A stretch of DNA of 64,000 nucleotides, from assembly GCF_018350175.1 (NCBI RefSeq), contig NC_058368.1, positions 39,062,001 to 39,126,000 of the forward strand, in the 5' to 3' direction. Shown one piece after another: positions 52,757 through 64,000 of the stretch. Position numbers and translations under genes: made by a program. Source of the DNA: Felis catus. Taxonomy: Eukaryota. The notes beneath the pieces are model-generated. The model saw only the letters and a list, made by a program, of their open reading frames with translations, did not search any database and had not been told where the DNA came from. The first letter of the stretch is position 1. The number at the start of each line of letters is the position of its first letter.

Positions 52757-55700
52757 AAAACATTCAGTCCTGATGACTTAGCAGTTCTATATATGAGGTA
52801 TCTGAATATGTGGGAAAATATACTTTAATCAGTAAATAAATGTGTAAAACATAGTGTATACACATGTAATTAGGCAGAAATAATGCATCCAGTATGATTT
52901 TAGTTCATTAAAATTTGAAATAGATAAATGATAAACCAAAAGAAATAAGGATAGTGTGTGTTTTGGGGAGGAATGAAAAGGGTACTCATCATGAAGGAAT
53001 GCTCATCCAGGAAAGGGGCCAGAGATTTCTCAAGGGTTAATATCAATCTGTGTCTTCAACTGGGCTCGATTTACCCAATTGACTTTGTATTTATAAAATT
53101 GTTCTTGTTTTTTATACACTTCTCTGAATACATTATCTAATTCTATAAAACATTTCAATAATCTGATTTTACAATATAATTTTACTTTAAGAAAAATGTA
53201 CATAAAGAGATGACAGCCACATTAAGACAGCCATATTCTTATTTTTTATCTTATTTTTTCATTATTAATGTATTTTATAGATCTGCTTTCAGATATTTAA
53301 ATATTCCACTATTTCCAGAAGATAGAAAATGGCTAGACATTTTAAGTGTCTATGTGTTTTTCATACACATCTTTACAATGAAAAATTGCTGAATTCTTCC
53401 TAATGTAAGAAATGCAATACTTAAATATCTTCAGTCTGCAGTGTTTCTATGATCTCTAAAGAGTCACTTCATCCTTAATCTAAATTATGATTTCTTCTCA
53501 GAGTGTCTGTTGTACTGCGATTGCAGGTTGCCATTACAGTTAGAGAATTCAGATCTCAGAAGACTATGGAAAATAACACAAAAAATTTTAATACTAGATC
53601 AAAAATAAATAACTGTTGGAATAGGAATGTTTCTACGTGTGAGAAATTTTATCCACTGTAAATTTCTGTAGTGTGCTGCATCTCACAGTTGTGTTTGGCA
53701 GCAAGCTTCCGCAAACAAGAAAAGGATTCATCCTTGTTTCCTCTGCTGATTCCTGTGGTTATATCTTCTGAGCCCCATGTGTTTTGTTTTTCCCCAGAAT
53801 TGTGTATAAAAGATTGTAGCAGCTGCAAAAATGGCCCATTTTAAAGTACCACAAAGGAAAGCAATTACTAGTGTACTCTGTGGGCTCCATAATACTACTG
53901 CAAAATTGTGATGTGAAGACAAATATATGAGCACAGGAACTCCAGGTTATGAACATATCTGTCCCATAGCTTGGATTGAATATCTTGATATGAGACCTAT
54001 TGGGGAAAATAAGTGGGCAAGTGGGATAAAAGTATCTTTGAATAGTAAAGGATCTACCTAGGAAAGTATTCTAAAATACTTTCTACCTTCAGCTATAAGA
54101 ACATACAAAGTACGTAAGTTTCTGACCAACTGTAGACCTAAATGAAAGTCAGGTAAATACATCGTAATGGATCTTGTAACTGTAAATCGGAAAGGTTTTG
54201 ATTACAGTAAATCCTCTTGAAGAAAACTTTTTTTTCTCCTAAATGTCACACAAAAGAAGTGTGGACTTCACACAATTGTGTGTTGGAAAGAAGAGAGTGA
54301 ACTCCTTTAGACTAGGAGCATAAAAGCAATAGTGACATTTTAGTACCTCTAAAGAAAATTGCCAGCTGTAATAGATTTTGTACATCGACTCTGTCAGTAT
54401 ACATTGCAATTTCACAGGTGTTGGATAGATACCTCTAATATGACTTGTCTCACTGCCGGTCACCCCCAGTTTGAGGAGGAAGTATTTGAGATATCCCCAA
54501 GTACTGATCTCTTCTATTTTTCAGTGCTTCATGGTATACTTAGCACAATAAAACAATTTCTCCAACTTCATTATAGCAGGCAGTCTTTATGACGTAACAC
54601 TGCAGGCTACACTATTCTCTCCTCTTTTCACAAGCCCACATCACAGCTAGTAGAAACCCTCCAAAATCATGATGAGGCACTAGGGCAGGTGGCTCTGTGC
54701 CATCTCAGCAGAAGTGCTGCTTGAGAGTCTTTAATAATGAATTATAATGGGGTGGATTATTTGTTCTGCATATTTGGTTTTCCTGAGACCATAATGAGAG
54801 AACCATTGAGCAGTTTTAAAAAGTGGAATTGGCTACTGCTGCTACTGAGCCTTTTCTGTATCTTTGACTCCAGTCTTACATGCCAGTGAGGTACGCACAA
54901 AAAGCATTAATGCTTAATAGAGTCAGTTGAATTTAGAGTAAGAACCCATGTTTTCTATTTGATAAGCCACTATTACTGCATGGGGTGGGGGAATCACAGT
55001 CAGCAATAACTTTAATCCCCAAATACTTAAAGCAACTCTTCTCTCAAAGCCAGGGATATAATTATTTTCTCATAAGTTGTGCATTCCAAGTTTGAATTTT
55101 CAGCAGCATTTCCTTTTATTTCGGAGTGCACATAGCCCTTAGATAGTTTTCATGTTAAGAATGCTGCTTTCTGGCAATGCTTCTTCTAACAGGTTTTAAT
55201 CTCAAAATTAAGGATATTAAGAAATTCTTCAGTTACAAATCATAGTGCATCTGCCATACAGGGTTATCTTTAATCAACAGATTATTGAACTTCTTATGTC
55301 ACTTAGGGTTTGAATTTTAAATTGTACTGCCTCTGAACTAAATTTCTTCAATATTATTGTTCATTCTTATATTACATATAGGGAGACTGCATTGCAGTGA
55401 CACCAAGTAATTTGTGCAGTTAAAAACGTGTTAAGCAATATGTCCAGGATTCAGATCTAGATAATGGTGCACCAGAACCCATATGTTTATTCATTTTGTG
55501 ACAGTGCCTCCCTACCAGTGCCTCCTACTTTGGTTTTGTGTTTTTATTAAAATTAATGTAGTTAGTGAATTCATCCATGACATAACTGTTTCAGATGTTA
55601 GCTAGAAACATATTAGTAAAGATATTATGAAAGATACTGTGTGAACTTTTGATGTCAAGAGGAAAGATTACCTGAAACAATTTTATAAAGCTTTGTTCCT

Positions 55701-56166
55701 ACCTGAATGCTCTTTTTTTTTGGTGAACATGTTAAGATAAAAGAATACAATGTATTATTAAAAATGATATTCTTTGAGACCAAATTAGAATTACAAACAC
55801 ATTGGTTTTTTTGTTTTTTTTTTTTTAGTAAAGACAATAGAAAGACGTGATAAAGTAGGGTAAAATAATAAAGTGTTTTATAGTGTAATATACTTTCTAC
55901 TACACTAATTAATCTAAAATGGTTATGCAAAATAAAATTATTTAGCATCATTTCCAGGTCATAGTGTCACAATTAAATGTAATTATTTTGAGTAATATTC
56001 TCATAGAGAAATAATATTTTTCAACCTTACATTGGATGGAGATTAAAAATGTGCAAAAGATCTGAATATACACCTCACCAACATGATACACAGTTGGCAA
56101 ATAAGCATGTGAAAAGATGCCCAACATATATGTCTTTAAGGAATTGCAAATTAAAGGAGCAGAGTT

Positions 56167-56355
56167 GGGGTGCCTGGATGGCCCAATTGGTTAATCATCC
56201 AACTCTTGATTTCTGCTCAGGTCATGATCTCAGGGTCATGGTCTCAGGGACATGAGATTGAGCTCCATGGTGAACGTGGAGCCTGCTTAAGAGTATCTCT
56301 CTCTTCCCATCCTCCCTGCACTTGTGCTTATGAATGTGGTCTCTCTATAAATAGC

Positions 56356-56386
<31 letters not shown>

Positions 56387-56387
56387 A
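56167..56387 (+). mobile_element. Can-SINE, older, with (TAAA)n tail
   Basis: ggggtgcctggatggc head; small internal duplication of gtcatg(a/g)tctcaggg. Confidence 0.9.
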
Positions 56388-56441
56388 GGCAATGAGAATC
56401 CACTATATACCTATTAGATTTGCAAATATCCAAAACAATAT

Positions 56442-56628
56442 GGGGTATGGGGGATGGCTCAGTCAATCAGGCATCTGACTATTGATTTTGGCTCAGTTGT
56501 GATCTCATGGTTGGTGAGATTATGCCCCACATTGGGCTCTGGCTGACAGCATGGAGCCTGCTTGGGATTCTCTCCTTCTCTCTCTGCTCCTCTTTCCCCC
56601 ACCCCAAAATAAGTAAACAAACAAAACC
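56442..56628 (+). mobile_element. Can-SINE, older
   Basis: 'ggctcagtcaatc...ctgacagcatggagcctgcttgggattctctc'. Confidence 0.9.
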
Positions 56629-57439
56629 GAAAATGGTGAAATGTTGTCAAGGATGTGGAGCAATAGTAATTCTTACTCCTTGCTGGTCGTAATGCAAAAA
56701 GAAACTACCACTTTGCAAAATAGTTCGTCAGTTTCTTATAAAACTAATTATATCCTTATCATATGATCCAGCAACTGTGCTTTGTCTTTACTTAAGTGCA
56801 TTTAAAAATTATTTTAATGTAAAAATCTGCATAATGATTTTTATGGTTGCTTTATTCATAATTGTCAAAACTTGGAAGCAACCAAGTAGGCAGATGTATA
56901 AAGAAACTGATATATGCATGAAACAAGTTAATATTCAGTGACAAAAAATAAACTAGCCATTAAAATACTTGAATCTTAAATGAATATTGCTAAATAAAAT
57001 AAGTCAGTATGAAAAGGCTACATACTGTATGATTCCAACTATAGAACATTCTAAGGGAGGCAAAACTATAGAGACAGTAAAAAATCAGTGGTTGTCACTG
57101 GATTGGTAAAAGGAAAGTAGGAATGAATAGGTAGATCACAGAGGTTTTAAGGGCAGTGAAACTATTCTGTATGATATTTTAAAGGTAGATAAATTTTATA
57201 TATTTGGCAAAACTCAGGATATACAGCACAAAGAATGAACCCTAATGTAAACTATAGCTAAAAATAATATAGCAATATTGACTGATAAATTGTAATAAAT
57301 GTACCACACTAACACAAATGTTAACAATATGGTAAACTGAGGGGTGCAGTGTGAGAGGGTATTATAGTAACTCTCTGTGCTTTTCACACAATCTTTCTGT
57401 AAACTTAAAATTGGTAACAAATAATAAAGGTTATTAATT

Positions 57440-59330
57440 AAAAACAAATTCACTAGAGGGGCTAAACAGTAGATTTGAACTATGAAAAGAAAAAAAAACA
57501 TTAGGAAAGATCAATATAAATGAAGAATGAAGAAAAATGAAGAGAGCTTCAGAGAAATGTGGAAAACCGTCGAGAGTACCAATATACACATGATGGAAAA
57601 CCAGAAGGAGAGGAGACAGAAGAAAGACACTAAAAATATTTTTAAAAATAATGGCAGAAAACTTTCTCATTTATTGAAAAACAATAACCTACACCTCCAG
57701 GAAGCTCAATGAATACCAAGTAAGATAAACACAAATTGAACTGTGAACAGGCCATATAGGAAAAATGCCAAAAGTCAAAGACAAAGAGAAAATCTTGAAG
57801 TACCAAAAGAAAAATAATTCATCACTTAAATAAAGTAAACCAATAAAATCAAAACCTTATTTATCAGCAGAAACTGTACCTTAACGAAGAAAAGTTACTA
57901 GAATAAGAAATGAAAGAGGGGACATCACTACTAACTTAAATAAATACAAGGAACTTAAAGAAATGATAGAATTGTACAAAAAGAAATTATATAGCTTAGA
58001 TGCTTTGGAAAAATTCCTACAAACACAAACTGTGACAAACTGAGGAAGAAAGAGGCAATCTGAAGAGATTTGTAACACGTGAAGATTGAATTAGAAATCA
58101 AAACCTATCCACAATGGGAGGCCCAGGCCTGATGCCTTCTAAATTCTATCATACATTTAAGGAAGAATTAATTCAAATTCTTCACAGACTTTAAAAAATA
58201 TATATAATTAAATCTTCCCAATTCATTTTAGGAGGCCAGATTAATTGCCCTCATACAAAATCAGACAAAGAATCAAAAAAATAAAAATATAAAGCCAATA
58301 TGTCTTATGAATATGGACACAAACAGCCTCAACCAAAATTCAATCAAACCAAATCTATCAACATAAAAAAAAAAGAATTATACACTATGACAAAGTGGAA
58401 TTTATCCAAGGAATTCATGAGTGGTTCAGCTTAAGAAAATCAATGTGATGTATCAATAAAATAAAAAACAAAAATTGCATGACCACGTAAATAGATACAG
58501 AAAAAGCATTTGACAAAAATCTAAAACCCTTTGTAGAAAAAAAAGAAAGAAAGAAAAAACTCAACAAATTAGGAATAGAAAGAATTTCTTCAATCTTATA
58601 AAGGGCATATGTGAAAAACACACAGCTAATATTACATTTAATGGTGAAAGACTGGATGCTTTCCTTCCAAATTCAGGGAAAAGACAAGGATATATTTTCT
58701 CAACACTTCTATTCAGCATTGTGCTAGAAATTCTAACCAAGGCAATTAGGCAAGAAAAATACTCAAAGCTATCTAGATTACAGAGGAAGAAGTAAAACAA
58801 TCTCTATTCACCAATGTCATGATTTTAGATTTAAGAAATACTAAAAGAAAATTAGATCTAGTAAATTATTTCAGAAGGATTGAAGAATATATAATAAGTG
58901 AAGTAACATGTATGGCTCTCTATTAGCAATAAACAATTAAGAAATGAAATTAAGAAAACAATTCCATTTAAAATAATACCTAAAAAATCAAATACTTAGT
59001 AATAAATTTAACAAATGTGGAAAAGATTGACTCTGAAAACTACAAACTACTGTAGAAAGAAGACCTAAATAAGTGGAAATGGGTCAGAATACTTAATATT
59101 GTTGAGATGACAGCACTTCCCAAATTGATATACAGCAGGTATGTGCAAAAGAGAAATGGAAACATATCTCCATTCAAAAACTTACATACAAATATTTACT
59201 ACAGCATTATGCATAACTAAAATGGGGAAATGATTTAAATACCCATAACAGATGAATGAATAAATGATATGTAGTATAGCTATGCAATGGAATTTTGGCC
59301 ATAAAACGGAACCAAGTTGAACACCAGAAA
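57440..59330 (+). mobile_element. Old L1: ORF1 fragment, ORF2 fragments and 3' piece
   Basis: ORF 57527-57712 'MKKNEESFREMWKTVESTNIHM...LQEAQ' is L1 ORF1-like; 'gatacagaaaaagcatttgacaaa' is the ORF2 RT DAEKAFDK motif. Confidence 0.9.
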
Positions 59331-59908
59331 AATTATAAATATGTCTGTCTTTTATTATTTTTAATCACTACTTCCTTTTCTCCCCAAAGTTAAACATTAT
59401 TCTATCCTCTAATACATAAATTGGAGACTTTTCCTTATTTATATATATAGTTTATTTGATATACCAAACTTTTTCTTATCTCAGAATTTTCCATTTTATT
59501 GAAATTATTGTTTTTTAGTTTTTGTATGATCATATTCTTATAATAAGTGAAAATAGTGAAATTTGATATTTTATATCATTGTTCCAACTGTACTTTAATT
59601 GGTGTAGAAGAATAATCATTCCTGCTTTTATTTCATCACCCTAATACAACAGAAATTAATAGCAGTCATTAGATAATTACGGTTGAGTTAATATAAAATG
59701 AATGGTAAATGGTTGTGATAAATAAGAAGTTATAAGAATCAGAGGAAGATGCTAATGAAGTTGAAAGATGTGAGAGCAAACAAATCAGAAGGATTTTAGG
59801 GAGTTATCAGAGTAGTAGTTTGAATTTGTGGATTTTTGATTTACAACGAATTTCTGAGTCATTTGCTCAGTGAATTGTTAAAATAAATTGGAAGTGAATG
59901 GAAGTCAT

Positions 59909-60033
59909 GGGGTGCCTGACTGTCTCAGTTGGAAGAGTTTGTGACTCCTGATCTCAGGGTTGTGAGTTCAAGCCCCATATTTGGGTGTAAAGACTACTTA
60001 AAAATAAATTCTCAAAAACTAATAATAGTTATG
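59909..60033 (+). mobile_element. Short Can-SINE lacking the CT body (tRNA-head type)
   Basis: ggggtgcctgactgtctcagttgg...gttgtgagttcaagcccca...taaaaataaa; TSD atggaagtca at 59898-59907 and 60034-60043. Confidence 0.85.
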
Positions 60034-62802
60034 ATGGAAGTCACATAGGAGATCAAGAATTGTGAGTCTTGTATGTTGGATGGGTCATTTATTTAGATGA
60101 GATAGTTACCCAGGTGGATGGAAAAAATTGAATAAAAGAAACTCTGAACCAGTTGTTGAAGAGTTTATAGCCAAATGGCCTAAGCCTAAATGGATTAAAT
60201 TTTTTAGGATCAGTAGTTAATAAGAAAGAGAAATACCTGACACTAAGCAGTTTAAAGTCACATTAATAAAAATATAAATATCCTCCACTGGAGAGACATA
60301 AGGAGAGCCAGCCAAGGTCTTGGAGTAGAATAACTAACATAAAACAAGATTTCCACTGAGAGGTAAAGTTGGCAATATTTTCAAAGGAGTTGATACTTTA
60401 AAATAAGTTTCTTAATATGTAAGGACAGTCTGAAAAGTACAGAAAAGGATTATGGTAGAGACCAGTATAAATCTAGATAAAAGGAGAGCGTTTACAAAAG
60501 ACTGTGATGGTAGCAGTTGAACAATTGAAAACTATGTATTGACTGCCACCAAAAGAACATTTTTGTGAGGCATCATGAATTTAGTCTAATGTGTTGAAGA
60601 AAATTGGAGGACAGAGGATAATCAAGCAAAACAGGATTCAGCCATGCTTTCATGATCACGCTTAAACCAAACTTAGAATATACTTTACCTGGATATTGTA
60701 GAATTGTTTCAGGAAGCATGTAAGTTATCGTGATGTGATAGATCTCTCTTCAGCTTCCATTTGTTAGCTTGATAATTATAAATTCTGTGAAAGTCCATAT
60801 TAGAGGAGGAACACTAATAAAGAGCAGTAACAGAAAAATAATGATATCTCCATGGTTTGAGAACCTTATTAAGAAGAAATGTTCATGTATATAGTAAAAA
60901 TAAATACAAATTAACAGTGGTAGAATTCTGAGAATTTCTTTGTTTTAGGCTGTGCACTGGGCTCGTTTTTTCATAAACTACGTAGGTTATGGACAAGAGC
61001 ATGACTAAACTGAGTGAATAGAGACAAATATGGATTGGCTGTTCAATCACATAACCAGTCTCATCATTTTGATTGAATTAACTTATCTATTTTGCACAAA
61101 ATATCAATAATATGAAATTTTCTTTAAAAAGTATTGTTATGTAAAACATAGTATGGCAAAACAGTTAGAAAATGAGCAGGTTTTAATAGTGTCATCAAGC
61201 ATGAGATTATTTTCTGTGGTGGTTAATTTTAAAATTGGATACAAGATCACATTGAGGATGTAGTAACAGATGGGGATTTCCTACAGAGGAAGTCTAGCTT
61301 CACTATGCAACAAGATTTATTTGCCTCATCAAGAAAATGTATGGCAGGTCAGAAAATGCAGTCCTTTGGGGTTTCTTAGTCATTAAAAAAACATATAAAG
61401 TTTTCCCTTTGTAAGAATTCCAAATAATTGTTATTTCTAAATTTTTTAGAGAAGAGTGAAGTCTGTGATTTGGAAGGTAGGAAACAAAGAGATTCCTTAG
61501 AACACTGAAGAAACTTCTATGGTATTTCTATGGTTTAAAACTGTATCTATCTATTATAGAAACAATCAGTAAGAAGAGTATTTTTGTTATTGGTTTATTT
61601 CTAATTGGTTTATTTTTGTTATCGGTTTCCAATTTCTAATTGGTTTATTTCTAATTTGGACACATTCCAAATTGTACCACACATACTCTAGAATAGGAAC
61701 CTAGTGTGTATTCCATTGTCATTTATTATTAAAAACTATATAAAAATCAAAATTGCCAATCTAAGACTTTACTTTTGAAAAGCACGAGGAATACAATTTA
61801 AAATTTTATTTTAAAATTTACATGGAGAAATGCCGAATGCACATTATAAGTTAGTTGGATTTTAAAGGTCAAATTTACAATTCATATTGTGACAGAATGA
61901 GCTTAATTAAAATATCATAAAAAATCTCATTTAATGATGATTTTAGTTCACATTAGTGGCTTTGACCTTAGGCTAGCCTCAGGCATCTTTAGAGCTGTTT
62001 GCATTAAGAAACTATGCATACCCAAATCATTTCAGCATTGCATATCATTTCTTTCAGAGATAAAATTCTCTGTAGTGTTGAAAGATACTAGTGACCAAAC
62101 TGCCTAAATATTGTTCAGCTTTAACTTCTGTCTAATCATGTCCTAATCACAGCAATGATGAGTCATCTTAAATGCTGCAGAGTTTAAGTATTTAAAGACA
62201 GATGAGTTCATGAATTCATTTAAGAACATAGAGTTGTTCAACAGGTGTATGAAAAGGTGTTGAATATCACAAATCATCAGGGAAATGCAAAGAAAAACCC
62301 CAGTGAGATATCACCTCACACATGTTTGGATGGTTGTTGTCAAAAGGACAAGAGATAACAAGTGTTGTTGAGGGTACAGAGAAATAGAAACCCTTGTGCA
62401 CTGTTGATGTGGGAATGTAAAGTGGTATAGCCATTATGAAAAAACAAGATGGTGGTTCCTCAAAAAATTAAAAATAGAGCTACCATATGATTTAGCAACC
62501 CTATTTCCCAGGATATATCCAAAGGAAGTGAAATCGAGGCCTTGAAGAGATATCTGCAACCTCCATCTTTATTGCAGCATTACTAATAATAGCCACGATA
62601 TAAAAGCAACCTAAGTGTCTGCTGGTGGATGAATGGGTAAAGAATATGTGAATATTCTTTAGAATATATATATAGAATATATATATATATATTCTAAATA
62701 TATATATATATATATATCTAAATATATACATATATATTTATGTGTGTGTGTGTATATATATATATATGTGTATTATTTCAGTCATAAAAATGAAGGAAAT
62801 TC

Positions 62803-63177
62803 TGTGGTAGAGGTAGAGCCCCTCCCTAAGGAATGTGGTAGAGGCCTTCTCAGAACAAAGAAAGGCAGTGTGGCCCAATTAACTCCTATACATGGTTGCG
62901 TAGCCCTGACTCTGTAACTTGGACTGTGTCCAGTCAGACTGTATGTTTGTATGGGACATTCCTCAGGACTCTGTAACATAGACTGCCCAATCATAACTGT
63001 ATGTCTTTATGTTACCATGTATGGGAGACAAAGAAGTAGAAATTTTATGAAAGGCTGCTGCACTCGGGGGACAGCCTTTTGGGTCTTAGCCCTCTGAACC
63101 AAGGTAGCATGAATAAAGCTGCTTCCTGGAAAGAAAGGCCCTGGTGTCCCATCCCTCTGTGCGAGAGTCCTGCTATG
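62803..63177 (+). mobile_element. Solo LTR, probably ERV1 class
   Basis: Begins TG, higher GC than flanks, AATAAA at 63112; splits the L1 motif gaaggaaattc|t(a/g)cca cleanly. Confidence 0.75.
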
Positions 63178-63524
63178 GTTTTACCAATTGTGACGATATG
63201 GATAAACCTGGAGGACATTATGCTAAATGAGATAAGCTAGACACAGACAAATCCTGCATGATCTCACTTCTATGTGAAATATAAAAAAAGTCAGACTCAC
63301 AGAAGCAGACAGTAGAATGGTGGCTGCCAGGGACTCCAGGGTAGCAGAACTAGGGAGATGTTGCTCAAAGGATATAAGAAATAAGTTCTGGGGATCTAGT
63401 GTATAGCATGGTGACTAAAGTTAATAACAATATAGTTGATAATAAAGTTACAGCAATATAGTTAATAATAAAATATACTTTATAGTATAATATTGTTAAT
63501 AATATAGTTAATGTTAAAGTTACA

Positions 63525-63742
63525 GGGGGGTCTGGGGGCTCAGTCAGTTGAGCGTCTGAGTTCAGCTCAGGTCATGATCTTGCAGTTTGTGGGTTCGAGC
63601 CCCGCGTTGGGCTCTGTGCTGACAGCTCGGAGCCTGGAGCCTGCTTCAGATTCTATGTCTCCTCCTCTCTCTGCCCTCCCGTGCTCATGCTTTGTCTTTC
63701 TCTGTCTCTCAGTAATAAATAAACATTAAGAAAAAAATTTTT
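63525..63742 (+). mobile_element. Felid Can-SINE
   Basis: 'gggttcgagccccgcgttgggctctgtgctgacagctcggagcctggagcctg'; TSD aagttaca. Confidence 0.96.
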
Positions 63743-64000
63743 AAGTTACAATAATATAGTTAACAGCATAGATAATATCATTAACACTTTGTAGTTTGCT
63801 TGAAATTTGCTAATGTAGTAGATCTTAAGTGTTCTCACTCCCCAAAAAACTACCCACCTACACCCATCTATCTATATATATGTATATATACATACATACC
63901 AAAAAGGCAACTAGATGAGGTGATGGATGTATTAATTAGCTTGATGGTGGTAATGATTTTACAGTGTATGTGTATTAAACCATGTTGCATACCTTAAATA

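Larger units (their letters stand above)
56025..57425 (+). mobile_element. L1MB/MC-type 3' region interrupted by two SINEs
   Basis: 'ggcaaataagcatgtgaaaagatg', 'catatgatccagcaa', 'ggctacatactgtatgattccaactat', 'gaaccctaatgtaaactat'. Confidence 0.88.
62235..64000 (+). mobile_element. L1MA-type 3' region, interrupted by an LTR and a SINE
   Basis: 'atcatcagggaaatgcaaa', 'aaaatagagctaccatatga', 'ggaggacattatgctaa', 'gaggtgatggatgtattaattagcttgat'. Confidence 0.92.

Overview
AT-rich, repeat-dense mammalian DNA, almost certainly from a felid: it carries Felidae-type Can-SINEs (diagnostic 'ctga(c/t)(a/g)gctcagagcctggagcctg' insert) and a felid-type L1 3' end. It reads as intergenic or deep-intronic sequence. 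I find no recognisable intact protein-coding gene, rRNA, tRNA or CRISPR array, and the ORF track is explained by SINE, L1 and microsatellite sequence or by chance. The window holds about 20 Can-SINEs of different ages, many L1 fragments, L2/MIR relics, MaLR (MLT1) and ERV1-type solo LTRs, and hAT relics. The most informative non-obvious signal is a ~1.45 kb frameshifted fossil hAT (Tip100-type) transposase at ~33600-35050 that the ORF track does not reveal. Other structural oddities are a SINE carrying a foreign 132-bp insert inside a 13-bp duplication, a twin-primed (5'-inverted) L1 with its TSD preserved, near-identical inverted young SINE pairs, and a few speculative micro-exon/smORF candidates. 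I see no convincing evidence of a new biological system. Repeat family names are from recall of consensus sequences, not from a database search, and boundaries of old repeats are approximate.
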